A stretch of 64,000 nucleotides of DNA from an uncultured Acidimicrobiia bacterium (GCA_963786955.1 CAWBAT010000004.1:384001-448000); one strand, 5' to 3'; shown: positions 19,936-30,963, counted from the first letter of the stretch. Numbers and translations: made by a program. Notes: generated by a model from the letters alone, not told the origin.

Positions 19936-22245
19936 ATGAGAAGAAGAAACTCGAAGAGATTTTCAAATCAAGGGCTTCAGGCCCAAGCGGTGGGGTGTCT
20001 ACTGGAAAATCTGAGGAGCATTATTCCTCTATTGCTGACTCTGACGTGTTTCCACTCCGAACGAGTTCTGGCAACCGTCACTCCCTTTGAAAATTCGCGC
20101 ACTTTTGAACGCCTTTGCCGGGACTTTCGTCAGAAGCAGAGTCCGGAATCCCGAACTCAGTTGCTCAAATTCTGCAAGAAGCCCGATGCCGGTGAATGGG
20201 CTGGTCTAGGGTATTTTCTGGTTGGATTTCAAGATTTCGAGAAAAACAAATTCGATTCCGCGGGAAAGTATTTCTCTTTGGCGGCGCAAGAACCTCTCAC
20301 CATTGAAGATTATACCTTCTATTACTGGGGATCCACTTTGAGCCAGCTCAATCAAAAGGACGAGAGCCAGGAGAAATTGAAACAACTGTTGAAGAATTAT
20401 CCAGACAGCCCTTTCATGCAACGAGGGCGTAAATTGTATTGGGAAAATGCCCTCGCACTTCTAAAACCCAAGCAGGTTTTGGATTCCATTTCAACTATGG
20501 CGGATCTTGAGTCGCAGCCCGAGGCCCTCTACTATCAGGCTCAGGCCTTTGAACAACTGAAGCAATGGCTTGCTGCATTGCAGAACTATACTCGGATCCA
20601 CTTTTTCTTTCCGCTCTATCCTGAACGGGACTCCGTCGACCAAAGGCTGGCACAGCTGGGGGAACAGAACCCCAGCCTGATCGTTGACGTACCGCAGGAA
20701 TGGAGAATGACCCGAATCGAAAACCTTTTTGCTGGCAAACGCTACCGAGAGACTTTGAAAGACTTGGAACATCTAGCCAGGTTGGACCCACCGTTCAGCA
20801 GGGCTGCTCAATTTCAATTTTGGCAGGGGATGTCGTTGTTCGGATCGAAAAGATATTATGAGGCGATCCAGACGCTCGGCCAGTTGAATATGCCCCAATC
20901 CGAAATGGCCGCACAGGCCGCTTTCACGGTTGGGGAATGCTATCGAAAGCTTGAGAACTACTCCCAATTCAAGGGCAGCGTTGAGAAAATGGAATTGCTT
21001 TTTCCCAACTCGCGCTGGCTGGAAGAGGCCTACTTTAGTATTGGCAATTACAATCTGGTCCAGCGGAATCTCGATGAATCCGTCCGTTACTATCAGAAAA
21101 TCGTAGAGAAATTCCCTGATGGCAGGCATGTCAAAGATGCGCTGTGGAGAATCGCCTGGCGGCTCTATCGAGAAAAGAAATATCAGCTGGCGCTCGATAT
21201 GTTTCTTGGCCAACGGGATCGCTTCCGTGAATCTGAGTATCGACTGGCCGTCATGTATTGGTCGGCGCGATGTCAAGAGCTGCTTGGAAGGACTCCTGAA
21301 GCCATTGCGCAATACCAGGAGAGTATTCAAAGATTTCCGCATCACTTCTATGGGCAAATGGCTGAGAAGCGATTGGAAGTCTTGAAACCGGGAGTTCCCA
21401 TTGAAAACCCTACGACGGTTAAAACTGACGTTTCTAGCCGGGAAACTGCCGTCGACGCTATGGTTTCAGGTCAAAAGCTCATCGAAACTTGGCCCCGGGT
21501 GAAGGCACTCGTGTCAATGCAACTTTTTGAACTGGCCGGAAGAGAGCTCATGCGGTCCCATCTTTACGGCTCTTCGCCGTCCATCGACTTTCAAGTGGCA
21601 CGTTTCTTTTACCTGGACAATAACTTTTCCCTATCAATCCAAAGGCTGCGCCGTCTGCTACCTAATTATACGGAGTTAGCCTATGCTTCTTTGCCTGAAG
21701 AGGTTTGGCAGATGTTTTATCCCATTGATTTTCAGGCCGCCGTTTCGCGTGAAGCCCAGCGCGAGCAGGTTGATCCCTACTTGGTCCTGGGATTAATTCG
21801 GCAGGAATCCATATTTAATCCTCGCGCGCTGTCTGCGGCCAATGCCCATGGACTCATGCAGCTTTTGCCCTCGACAGCCCGGAAAGTTGCGCGGGAGATG
21901 AGAATACCCCAGCCCAATGCTGCGCGGCTGCAGGATCCGGACTTGAATATCCGTATCGGAACGCGGTATTTTGCTGACCTCCTGAAGCAGTTTGGGGGGC
22001 AAGAAGATAAGGCGCTGGCCAGTTACAACGCCGGGGAACGTCGTGTCGAGTCCTGGTTAAGTGAAGGAGACTATGCTGACAGCGCGGAATTTATTGAGAC
22101 CATTCCTTTCACTGAAACTCGAAACTACGTCAAAATTATTTATCGAAATTACTGGTTTTATCGGAAACTTTATGGCGGCTCGAACGCGCCTAAACAGGGA
22201 AGGATCGCTGGGTCAGTTGAGAGCCCCTCCGCGCAAAACCAATGA
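19936..22245 (+). CDS. Soluble lytic transglycosylase (SLT domain) with TPR repeats
   Basis: IRQESIF, GLMQL, ASYNAG and ETRNYV motifs; TPR-like N-terminus. Confidence 0.93.
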   Translation: MRRRNSKRFSNQGLQAQAVGCLLENLRSIIPLLLTLTCFHSERVLATVTPFENSRTFERLCRDFRQKQSPESRTQLLKFCKKPDAGEWAGLGYFLVGFQDFEKNKFDSAGKYFSLAAQEPLTIEDYTFYYWGSTLSQLNQKDESQEKLKQLLKNYPDSPFMQRGRKLYWENALALLKPKQVLDSISTMADLESQPEALYYQAQAFEQLKQWLAALQNYTRIHFFFPLYPERDSVDQRLAQLGEQNPSLIVDVPQEWRMTRIENLFAGKRYRETLKDLEHLARLDPPFSRAAQFQFWQGMSLFGSKRYYEAIQTLGQLNMPQSEMAAQAAFTVGECYRKLENYSQFKGSVEKMELLFPNSRWLEEAYFSIGNYNLVQRNLDESVRYYQKIVEKFPDGRHVKDALWRIAWRLYREKKYQLALDMFLGQRDRFRESEYRLAVMYWSARCQELLGRTPEAIAQYQESIQRFPHHFYGQMAEKRLEVLKPGVPIENPTTVKTDVSSRETAVDAMVSGQKLIETWPRVKALVSMQLFELAGRELMRSHLYGSSPSIDFQVARFFYLDNNFSLSIQRLRRLLPNYTELAYASLPEEVWQMFYPIDFQAAVSREAQREQVDPYLVLGLIRQESIFNPRALSAANAHGLMQLLPSTARKVAREMRIPQPNAARLQDPDLNIRIGTRYFADLLKQFGGQEDKALASYNAGERRVESWLSEGDYADSAEFIETIPFTETRNYVKIIYRNYWFYRKLYGGSNAPKQGRIAGSVESPSAQNQ

Positions 22246-22363
22246 TAAAGGATACGGTAATTAGCCCATTTGCTTTCCCTGCAACCGAATGGATTGCCGC
22301 AACAGAGGCCGCCATTGTGGATGCGTCGGACACGAAACTTATTCGCCATCGGTTCCTGGGGTC

Positions 22364-23530
22364 ATGAAGCAGCTTATTTCATCGAAACCGCTACAGTTCA
22401 CTGAATCCGTCATCCGTGAGATGACTCGGCAGGCCTTACTCTACAATGCCGTTAACTTGTCGCAAGGCTATCCCGACTTCCCCGCCCCTCTCGCGGTGAA
22501 AGAAGCCGCCATCCAGGCGATTCAAAATGACATTAATCAGTACAGTATTACATGGGGAGCACCGAACCTGCGCCATGCTATTGCGGAGAGGCTAGGAGAT
22601 TTGACTGGATTGAGTTTTGATCCACAGACCGAGGTCACGGTGTGCTGCGGCTCAACCGAAGGAATGATCGCGTCGTTGCTGGCCATTATCAATCCCGGTG
22701 ATGAAGTGATTATTTTTGAGCCCTTTTATGAGAACTATAATCCGGACGCTATTCTCTCCGGGGCCACTCGCCGCTACGTCAAATTGAGTCCACCAGACTG
22801 GAGCTTCGATCCGGAAGAGCTGGCCGCTGCTTTTAATCCAAACACCAAAGCCATTATCATCAATACGCCCAATAACCCAACCGGTAAAGTTTTTCGGCGA
22901 GAGGAACTGGAACAGATTGCCGCCCTCTGTATCAAATGGGACGCGGTGGCCATTACCGATGAGATCTACGACCACATCGTTTATGACGGATGTGACCATG
23001 TGCGGATGCTGACTTTGGACGGGATGAGGGAAAGAACCATCACAATCAACAGCCTCTCAAAGACCTTCAGCGTTACAGGGTGGAGAGTGGGATATGTCGT
23101 GGCAGCCCCGAAACTCGCGTCCGCTATTCGCAAGGTACATGACTTTCTGACGGTGGGTGCCGCTCACCCACTCCAAGAGGCCGGAGCCATCGCCTTACGA
23201 TCAGGCAGAGGTTATTACCAGGAACTCCGCCGCCAATACACGGAGCGACGAGATTTATTGCTGAAGATCTTGCGCGAAGTGGGCTTCCAATGTTTCATCC
23301 CTCAGGGAGCCTACTACATCATGACCTCCATTGAGTCTTTTGAGTTCCCCAATGATGTGGCGTTTGCTGAATACCTGGTACGGGAAGTCGGTGTGGCCAC
23401 GGTTCCCGGAAGCAGTTTCTATCAAAACTCGAGTGATGGGAATCTGCAGGTCCGTTTCTGCTTCTGTAAGAAAGATGAAACGCTTCTTGAAGCCGGAAGA
23501 CGATTGCGAAAATTGCAGAAGAGGAGATGA
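22364..23530 (+). CDS. PLP-dependent aminotransferase class I/II
   Basis: NLSQGYPD, NTPNNPTG, DEIY and SKTFSVTGWRVG motifs. Confidence 0.95.
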   Translation: MKQLISSKPLQFTESVIREMTRQALLYNAVNLSQGYPDFPAPLAVKEAAIQAIQNDINQYSITWGAPNLRHAIAERLGDLTGLSFDPQTEVTVCCGSTEGMIASLLAIINPGDEVIIFEPFYENYNPDAILSGATRRYVKLSPPDWSFDPEELAAAFNPNTKAIIINTPNNPTGKVFRREELEQIAALCIKWDAVAITDEIYDHIVYDGCDHVRMLTLDGMRERTITINSLSKTFSVTGWRVGYVVAAPKLASAIRKVHDFLTVGAAHPLQEAGAIALRSGRGYYQELRRQYTERRDLLLKILREVGFQCFIPQGAYYIMTSIESFEFPNDVAFAEYLVREVGVATVPGSSFYQNSSDGNLQVRFCFCKKDETLLEAGRRLRKLQKRR

Positions 23531-23541
23531 ATGCTTCAGCG

Positions 23542-25308
23542 CTAAAACTGCAAAGGGAGCTTGTGAGTTGCGCGACGGGCTCTCGAACGTTCTGAACCCA
23601 CCAGTTCTTTGGACTCGGGGGCCCATTTCAGGAAATCAAAATCACAGCCTTCGTTGGCCTGCTGGATATGTTCAATGAACATCTTCCCGTATCCCCGGTC
23701 ATAATGAGGAGCGGGAGGTTCCCAGGTTTCCAGCCGCCGCCGAATCTCTTCTTCAGGTACGAGCAAGTTCAACTGCCGTTTGAGAACGTCGAGTTCGATC
23801 AAGTCTCCATTTTGAACCACCGCCAGAGGTCCCCCGATTGCTGCTTCTGGGCAAATATGCAAGACAGCCGTTCCATAGCTGGTTCCACTCATGCGAGCAT
23901 CGCTGATTCGAACCATATCTTCCACCCCTTCCTTCAAGAGCTTAGCAGGGATCGGGAGGTTCCCCCATTCGGGCATTCCAGGTCCCCCAACGGGCCCTCC
24001 GTACTTCAACACTAAGACACAATCGGCATCGACGTCCAGGTTGGGATCGTCCAGGCGATTCTTCAAGTCCTCATAGTCTTCAAACACGACGGCTCTCCCC
24101 GTATGCTGCATCAGTCTTGGGGAGGCGGCACTTTGCTTGATGACGGCGCTACCCGGGGCTAAGTTTCCGTAAAGAATCACGGTGCCCCCCTGCGGCTGAA
24201 TGGGGTTCTTCATCGAGCGAATCACGTCGGGGTTATGACATTGCGCATTGAGAATATTTTCCGCCATGGTTTTGCCAGTCACGGTGAGTGCCCCCCCATG
24301 CAAGAGTGGTGCTATTTCTTTCATCACGGCGGGGACACCCCCCGCGTAGTAAAAATCCTCCATCAAATGCTTTCCTGAGGGACGGATATTGGCGAGAAAT
24401 GGAGTCGTTCGAGAGATCTCGTCAAAAAGATCTAGCGGAAGCTTAAGACCCAATCGGCCCGCAAACGCAACCAGGTGAATGATGGCATTGGTGGAGCCCC
24501 CGATGGCCATGTTGACTCGTATCCCGTTCTCCAAAGCCATTCGAGTCAGGATCTTGGTCGGGCGAAGATCCTCAGCAACCATTTGAACGATGCGAGCGCC
24601 GCTCAGTTCAGCCATGGAATAACGACGTGAGTCGGCCGCCGGGATACTGGCACAACCCGTCAAGGTCATTCCCAAAGCTTCGACAATGCTGGTCATCGTC
24701 GAGGCAGTTCCCATTGTCATGCAATGACCGGCACTGCGCGACATGCAGCTTTCAATTTCACAGAATTCTTCTTCACTGATGCGTCCGGCGCGCAACTCGT
24801 CCCAGAAATGCCACACATCAGAACCGGAACCGATTTCTTGATTTTTCCAGATTCCCTTCAGCATGGGTCCGCCAGTCACCATAATTGCGGGCAGATCCGC
24901 ACTAATGGCCCCCATGAGCTGGGCCGGGGTTGTTTTATCACAACCGCAGAGCAAGACGACTCCATCCAAAGGGTTCGCACGAATCGACTCTTCGACATCC
25001 ATGGCCATGAGGTTGCGGAACATCATGGTGGAGGGCCTCATGAATGGTTCTCCCAAGGAAATTGTCGGGAACTCCAGAGGAAACCCTCCAGCAGCCCACA
25101 CCCCGCGCTTCACGGCATCGGCAACTTGTCGCAAATGAGCATTACAATTTGTCAGCTCACTCCAGGAGTTGCAGATCCCGATGACCGGCTTGTTTTGAAA
25201 CACGGCACTGCTGAACCCTTCCGTGCGCATCCAGGACCGGTGGATGAATCCGAGCTTGTCCTTCCGACCAAACCAATCCGCACTGCGAAGCTTCCTGACC
25301 TCATTCAC
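23542..25308 (-). CDS. IlvD/Edd-family dehydratase (L-arabinonate dehydratase-like)
   Basis: ELTNCN, GCDKT, GHCMTMGTASTM and SDARMSGTSYG motifs. Confidence 0.92.
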   Translation of the reverse strand: MNEVRKLRSADWFGRKDKLGFIHRSWMRTEGFSSAVFQNKPVIGICNSWSELTNCNAHLRQVADAVKRGVWAAGGFPLEFPTISLGEPFMRPSTMMFRNLMAMDVEESIRANPLDGVVLLCGCDKTTPAQLMGAISADLPAIMVTGGPMLKGIWKNQEIGSGSDVWHFWDELRAGRISEEEFCEIESCMSRSAGHCMTMGTASTMTSIVEALGMTLTGCASIPAADSRRYSMAELSGARIVQMVAEDLRPTKILTRMALENGIRVNMAIGGSTNAIIHLVAFAGRLGLKLPLDLFDEISRTTPFLANIRPSGKHLMEDFYYAGGVPAVMKEIAPLLHGGALTVTGKTMAENILNAQCHNPDVIRSMKNPIQPQGGTVILYGNLAPGSAVIKQSAASPRLMQHTGRAVVFEDYEDLKNRLDDPNLDVDADCVLVLKYGGPVGGPGMPEWGNLPIPAKLLKEGVEDMVRISDARMSGTSYGTAVLHICPEAAIGGPLAVVQNGDLIELDVLKRQLNLLVPEEEIRRRLETWEPPAPHYDRGYGKMFIEHIQQANEGCDFDFLKWAPESKELVGSERSRARRATHKLPLQF

Positions 25309-25675
25309 GCCGCCACCTCAACTGGAGAGATAAAAGCATCAGCAAAGATTTCTAAAATAGCACAAAGAGGCCCCCAGGGCATCCTTGAGTCTTCAGGTCC
25401 AAGGTCGAGGGGCTTCAAGTTTACAGAAATTGTCGAAGTTGACTCCCTGCCGATTCGAAGAGAGGGCGGGTGCTGGGCATAAACCTTTAGACTTCCATAT
25501 TGGTCCCAAAACCACTTGATTTTTAGTCCCGCACTCTAAATTTCAGAATTTGGACTTTGGGCCTTTGACCTTGGACCATTGACCTTTTTGATGAAGGCTT
25601 TTTTTCACCACTTTTTAAGCACCCTGCTTTATAATCCAGGCAAGTTTGGTGGTATTTCAAAGAGGTATCCTTCTG

Positions 25676-26965
25676 ATGAGCATAGTTCCTGACGATGTCA
25701 TGGCAATTGTATTAGGTGGGGGAAAAGGGGAACGTTTATTCCCTTTAACCCAGTACCGGTCCAAACCAGCCGTTCCGCTTGCTGGCAAGTATCGGATCGT
25801 CGACATCCCGCTCAGCAATTGTATCAACTCAAACATTCGCAGGATTTTTGTGCTGACCCAGTTCAATTCAGCCTCACTCAATCGACACCTTGCCCGGACG
25901 TATCGTTTTGATAATTTCTCGCAAGGCTTTGTAAACACTTTGGCAGCCGAGCAAACTCCGGAAAACCAGAACTGGTTTCAGGGCACGGCAGACGCTGTCC
26001 GACAAAGCATTCGCCATTTTTCGGACATTGAGGCCTCCCATGTATTGATTCTATCTGGCGACCAACTTTACCAGATGGACTTTCAAAAGCTCATACAGTT
26101 TCACTCCAGAAGCCGCGCCGATATTACTGTCTCGACAATTCCTGTACCGCGAGACCAGGCTTCGATGCTTGGCATTCTCAAAACGAGAGATGACAATCAA
26201 ATTGTCCACTTTCACGAGAAGCCTGGGGAACAAGAATTGAGCGGCTTGGAAAGCCAACTCAGTGTTGGTTCTATGACCGAGCAATTTCCCGAGGGAAAGG
26301 CCTTCCTAGCCTCAATGGGCATCTATGTTTTCAGTAAACAGATGCTGATCGAAGTCTTAAATGCCAGCATTGAACACGATTTTGGAAAACACATCATCCC
26401 GGAGTCGATTCACAAGTATCGGGTCATGAGTTATCCATTCTTTGGGTATTGGACAGATATCGGAACCATCCGGTCCTTTTATGAAGCCAACCTGGACTTA
26501 ACGTCGACCCTGCCTAAGTTCAATTTCTATAGTTCTCGCTACCCTATCTATACCCGTGCCAGGCTTCTCCCTGGCTCAAAGGTCAACGACTGCAATCTAC
26601 ATCAATGCGTTATTTCTGACGGATGTTTCCTGGATGGTGCTGATATCCGGCACTCGATTATCGGCCTCCGCAGTCGGATTGGGGCGGGAACAACGATCAC
26701 CAATTCTTACATCATGGGTGCGGATTATTATGAAACGGTAGAGGAAATCGAAGGAAATGTGCGTGCTGGACAACCGAACATTGGAATCGGGAGTAATACG
26801 GAAATCAGCGACGCGATCATCGACAAGAACGCTCGCATTGGGGATAACGTCAAGATCGTTAATTCGAAGGGGTTAGATTATTTCGATAGCGCGAATTATT
26901 ATGTGAGAGACCGAATCACTGTCATTCCAAAAGGCGCAGTCCTTTCCAACGGAACCGTGATCTGA
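25676..26965 (+). CDS. glgC: Glucose-1-phosphate adenylyltransferase
   Basis: LGGGKGERLFPLT, SKPAVP, GTADAVR and ASMGIYVF motifs. Confidence 0.97.
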   Translation: MSIVPDDVMAIVLGGGKGERLFPLTQYRSKPAVPLAGKYRIVDIPLSNCINSNIRRIFVLTQFNSASLNRHLARTYRFDNFSQGFVNTLAAEQTPENQNWFQGTADAVRQSIRHFSDIEASHVLILSGDQLYQMDFQKLIQFHSRSRADITVSTIPVPRDQASMLGILKTRDDNQIVHFHEKPGEQELSGLESQLSVGSMTEQFPEGKAFLASMGIYVFSKQMLIEVLNASIEHDFGKHIIPESIHKYRVMSYPFFGYWTDIGTIRSFYEANLDLTSTLPKFNFYSSRYPIYTRARLLPGSKVNDCNLHQCVISDGCFLDGADIRHSIIGLRSRIGAGTTITNSYIMGADYYETVEEIEGNVRAGQPNIGIGSNTEISDAIIDKNARIGDNVKIVNSKGLDYFDSANYYVRDRITVIPKGAVLSNGTVI

Positions 26966-26990
26966 ACTACATATGGATGGATCCCTGTAA

Positions 26991-27866
26991 TCACTGCATT
27001 GGAGACTGGCCTGGCCTTATAGGTCTTGGCGCTGGGGTAACAACACCTGGGTTTGAAACACCGATGCCACCCTGTCCAGGGCCAGCCTGACCGGGAGGGC
27101 GTTGGCCCTGCGGCAAGCCTCCTCCTGTCACGGAACCGCCAGTAACAAAGACGAATTCCCACTCACTATATTTTGACTTTCCGTTAAAAGTCTTAATCGA
27201 CTCCTTCTGGCTGGAACTGGCAACTCCCACGATCCCACCCAAGACTGGAGTGAATGGAGATGAGGACGATCCGCTTTGAGATTGGGTCGAAAGGCCGCCT
27301 ACATTCCCGCCAGCCTGGTTGCGGGAAGGACCTTGAGCCCCTCCTTGGTTTCCGTATCCAGATCCTGAAGCGGGTGAGCCGAATGGAGACTGAGGACCAG
27401 AACTCAAAGAATTTGACTTGGCTTGTGACGGCGAGTCATATGGCGTGGAACCCGAAGAATTGCCCCCAGACGGCAGGCTCATTCCCTGGATCGAGCCATC
27501 TGGCCCCATTTTGATGAACCGCCAATCATAGGCGTTGGTGATCGGGTCTTTCCATTTCTTTCTCAAGAACCGGGTGTTATCTGTGCTTAATAATGCATCG
27601 ACAGTCGTCGGAAACGTACCCGGGAATTTCCGGTGCCAAAGTTCAATCGCTCGCATGAATTGTTTTCCACGAAAGATCAGTTCCTCTTCCCTTTCCCGTT
27701 GAATGGCCTTTTGCCAGTTAATCACGGCTGCCGTGAGTGTCACTAGCAACACGGAAGTAAAAACGGCCACGACGGCTAGCATGTACCCGCGCTCACTTCT
27801 GACATCTCGGCAAGAATCAGATGTCAACACCTTGGCCTTTCGGATTGTTCCGGTATTTGGTTTCAA
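26991..27866 (-). CDS. Type II secretion/type IV pilus pseudopilin-like protein
   Basis: RG|YML hydrophobic N-terminus; REREEELIFRG, RFLRKKWKDP and YSEWEF motifs. Confidence 0.75.
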   Translation of the reverse strand: MKPNTGTIRKAKVLTSDSCRDVRSERGYMLAVVAVFTSVLLVTLTAAVINWQKAIQREREEELIFRGKQFMRAIELWHRKFPGTFPTTVDALLSTDNTRFLRKKWKDPITNAYDWRFIKMGPDGSIQGMSLPSGGNSSGSTPYDSPSQAKSNSLSSGPQSPFGSPASGSGYGNQGGAQGPSRNQAGGNVGGLSTQSQSGSSSSPFTPVLGGIVGVASSSQKESIKTFNGKSKYSEWEFVFVTGGSVTGGGLPQGQRPPGQAGPGQGGIGVSNPGVVTPAPRPIRPGQSPMQ

Positions 27867-27987
27867 TATTAGCCTCTATTGTCTCCGGGATGCTTCTTAG
27901 TCGCCGACCCATCCTCCGGCAAGGCTAAGGCAGACCATCCAAGTCAGGCTGCTAAGCAGAGAACCTTTGCCGAGGATCCCCATGGAT

Positions 27988-28647
27988 TCACTGGGTCGTG
28001 AGGTTGATTTGACGGCGTAATTTTGACCCAACATCCTCAATTTCAGCGGTCGTATCGCCGATCTTGATAATGCGATAACGACTCGCCAACAAATCTCCCT
28101 CAGAAGCAAAAAAAACCGTATCTCCTTCGGAAAAGAATCCCTGGCGCTTCTTTCGCATGGGATCGAAGGCAGTGCCAAAGAACTTCAGGTTAATGACGGC
28201 TGTTGGTGTCACGGGTGCTCGCCCAAACCCCGGACCAGGATTGATTGCTCCCGGAGTATCAGGTCCCTCAGGCGCAGCGGATCCAGCAGGCCTCTTATTG
28301 CGTAGGTTTCCGGCAGAAGAGATCCGCTCTGCGGGAGCCGACTCCTGGGAGAACATGTTTCTCGCATTTAATGGGCTCCCCGGGTCAAAACCTTCCAACA
28401 GTTCCAAATGAATGGTGGGATCAATGTCCTGAAACGAAGTTTCTTTTCTGCCTCCGGATTTCTTAGGGTTTCTTTTTAAATAGATATCCTTTAAATCAAG
28501 GACTGCCGGCGATTTGACTGCCTGACCAACCGAATCTTTCCCAGGAGTATCATTGGATTGGAAAAACACCCGATAGAGGGAAAACAGCAAGATGATGAAG
28601 AGTCCTCCCAAAAGGATGAGCTGCATTCTTTTTCGGTTCGCTCTCAT
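27988..28647 (-). CDS. PilP/GspC-like accessory protein (hypothetical)
   Basis: N-terminal TM; C-terminal LKFFG...EGDLLASRYRIIKI; follows pilO. Confidence 0.6.
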   Translation of the reverse strand: MRANRKRMQLILLGGLFIILLFSLYRVFFQSNDTPGKDSVGQAVKSPAVLDLKDIYLKRNPKKSGGRKETSFQDIDPTIHLELLEGFDPGSPLNARNMFSQESAPAERISSAGNLRNKRPAGSAAPEGPDTPGAINPGPGFGRAPVTPTAVINLKFFGTAFDPMRKKRQGFFSEGDTVFFASEGDLLASRYRIIKIGDTTAEIEDVGSKLRRQINLTTQ

Positions 28648-29243
28648 AGTTGTACAGGGAACAAGGTAGAGAGATTGACATCCAACCGAATGGTCCCAGT
28701 CCCTTCTCTCTCGGAAATTAAGGCCATTGAATCGATCATGATGAACTTCTCATGGGTCTCCAGCATGTTGAGAAAATTCCGGATATTCGCGTAACTGCCT
28801 TCAATAGGCAAAGTGATGGTCATCCGTTGCAAGCCAAAAACCGGTTCCTGGTCCAAGCGATAGCCGACACGATTTCTGGTTAGCCCGGCTTCGGCCGAAA
28901 TTTGGTCAAGCTCCTGGAGGAGTTCAGAAGCCATTTTCTCTTTTGGAAAAAGGAACTCATCCGTGAACCGCTGATAACGCAGATGAGACTCGTTGAATTG
29001 TCGAGCGATCTCTCGGATTGCATTTAAGGTGGCTGTTCGGCGACTCAGCTGAAGACGCATCTGTTCTCGTCGCGCAGCTTCTCCGTTGGCTGCCTCGACT
29101 TCCGTGCGTACGAGGAAAAAATACACCGGAAGGTTCAAGAAAAGCAGTCCCATCAGCACCGAGAAAGCTATCCTTTGCGTTCTGGCGTTAAGAACCATTT
29201 TCATCGGCCGCTTTCGGCTTTTTGAAATTCTAGCAGTGTCCAT
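28644..29243 (-). CDS. pilO: Type IV pilus assembly protein PilO-like
   Basis: TM + coiled coil + EGSYANIRNFL ferredoxin-like domain; synteny. Confidence 0.75.
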   Translation of the reverse strand: MDTARISKSRKRPMKMVLNARTQRIAFSVLMGLLFLNLPVYFFLVRTEVEAANGEAARREQMRLQLSRRTATLNAIREIARQFNESHLRYQRFTDEFLFPKEKMASELLQELDQISAEAGLTRNRVGYRLDQEPVFGLQRMTITLPIEGSYANIRNFLNMLETHEKFIMIDSMALISEREGTGTIRLDVNLSTLFPVQL

Positions 29244-29247
29244 CGGC

Positions 29248-29829
29248 TCAAGATTGCTTCTTGATTTGACCCAAATATTTCACGACAACTCCCATCTCTC
29301 TCCCAACGAAACCCGGATTTTTTGAAAGGTCTTCATACATGGGGCTGACATCGATAAACTTCCCGGAGTTTTCCAGGTTTAACACAAACTGAATCATCTC
29401 TTGAGTGTTTCGTCCTTTTACGACAATCTCGATCACCAGGTCTTTTCCTCGAACCTGTGGTTTTATGGAGGCAAGTTGAAGATTCGGAGGGGTCAATTTT
29501 TCAAGATCATTCAGAAGGCGTGTCCAAGAGAACGTTCGCCGGTTAATGATTTGATTAATGTACTCAACCCGGTCTAAGAAATCAGAAGTTTCGGCTGTCT
29601 GAAGTGTCCGCAACAGCTTTTCCTCTTCCTTGCCTATTGCATCCAGCCTCATTTGATCGTTCGATAAACTCTCGACAAAAACCTTACGCCGTTCGTGGCT
29701 GGACCGATATGCAGAAAAGTTCCAGGAAGACACGATCAAAAGCAGACCCAGCAGAAAACCCACAATGAGGTAGAACTTGCGGTAATTGACGAACGGTCGA
29801 GAGGAAAGGTTTATATCAATTTTCATCAA
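29248..29829 (-). CDS. pilN: PilN domain protein
   Basis: INL motif, TM, SWTRLLNDLEKLTP; synteny. Confidence 0.8.
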   Translation of the reverse strand: MMKIDINLSSRPFVNYRKFYLIVGFLLGLLLIVSSWNFSAYRSSHERRKVFVESLSNDQMRLDAIGKEEEKLLRTLQTAETSDFLDRVEYINQIINRRTFSWTRLLNDLEKLTPPNLQLASIKPQVRGKDLVIEIVVKGRNTQEMIQFVLNLENSGKFIDVSPMYEDLSKNPGFVGREMGVVVKYLGQIKKQS

Positions 29830-29830
29830 T

Positions 29831-30835
29831 TCAGTTCCTCCCTAGAGCCAGTCCTAGAGACGATAATACTTGATGTCTCAGGTTCTTCAACTCGGCATGC
29901 TGTGGAGAATGAACAAACTTCATCAGATCCAGGGCTTCAACTGGGGTTTGCAATGTTTCTGAGAGCGTGGACAATACCGTTAACGGGACTTCCTGATGGC
30001 AGGCCACGTAAATTTTGGCGAGTGGCTGTGAACTCAGCTTGTCCTGGTAATAAATGACACAAGGATAAAGTTCGTCATAGATTTCCTGGTACTGCGTTGG
30101 GGCCGGTTTGGGGGCCGTCCGAGTCATAGCGGGGTCTTCATCCCCATTTCTCTCGGAATGCCGGAAGAATGAAACTCTCCCTTCCTGCATGATCAACGAA
30201 GAGGTGTCTGTAGCCCCTAAGCGAAGCAGGAGAAGCGATTTTTGAACGCCTTCAGGATCGAGGTGCGCCAGGAATTCAAATGCCGCAAATGACGAGAGAG
30301 TAATGTACCCTATTTGAATTCCCATTTTCTGAAAAACCTCTTCAAACTGATTCAAGACTTCCCGGCAAATACAAACCGTCAGGAGAACATGCTTTCCATT
30401 TGAGGCTTTCCTTTCCCAATAGGAAAGATGGGCTTCCTCTACATTAAAAGGCACGGCTTTCTTGAGTTTCCACTTCAAGAGCTGTTGCCTTTCATTTTCG
30501 CTTGAAGGCAGCGTATCCATGATATGGATCGCAGACTTGGCTGATGCATCGGGAATGGCGAGGGACATCTTCACCGATTTGACTTCGGCTTTAGCAATCG
30601 CTGTCTTCATGGCAGCAACGAATTCAGGAATAGAAGCAATGTTGGGTTTTGTCAAAGAAGGAACAATGAGCCCTTGAGGCAAAGGAATCACGGCGAACCG
30701 ATCTATCAGCTTCGGCTGCTTCGAATCCAGGCGGACGAGTGAAACAGCCTGGCGCGAAATTTCACAGGCAACTGCAGGGAGCTGTGGTTCAAAAAACCGC
30801 TGGATTTTGCCTTTTAATCGTTGTTGGAGCATCAC
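29831..30835 (-). CDS. pilM: Type IV pilus assembly protein PilM-like
   Basis: LAIPD, KKAVPF and GLAL C-terminus; synteny. Confidence 0.75.
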   Translation of the reverse strand: MMLQQRLKGKIQRFFEPQLPAVACEISRQAVSLVRLDSKQPKLIDRFAVIPLPQGLIVPSLTKPNIASIPEFVAAMKTAIAKAEVKSVKMSLAIPDASAKSAIHIMDTLPSSENERQQLLKWKLKKAVPFNVEEAHLSYWERKASNGKHVLLTVCICREVLNQFEEVFQKMGIQIGYITLSSFAAFEFLAHLDPEGVQKSLLLLRLGATDTSSLIMQEGRVSFFRHSERNGDEDPAMTRTAPKPAPTQYQEIYDELYPCVIYYQDKLSSQPLAKIYVACHQEVPLTVLSTLSETLQTPVEALDLMKFVHSPQHAELKNLRHQVLSSLGLALGRN

Positions 30836-30963
30836 ATCCTTCTCGGCATTAGAACTTCAAGGGCTCCCCTGTACGGGGGGGGAATCCCCTCATCTTGCTT
30901 CAACTCAAGGCTAGACCCGAATTCATCTAAGTGATTTGTCAATGAGGGCAATTCCTCTTTCCG

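Noticed and set aside
24724-25482. Long antisense ORFs (here, and at 31258-31953, 59459-60217 and 62293-62955)
   Set aside because: Shadow frames of well-conserved genes on the opposite strand.
27895-27985. Hairpin upstream of the pseudopilin gene as a c-di-GMP riboswitch
   Set aside because: The consensus GEMM motifs could not be matched.
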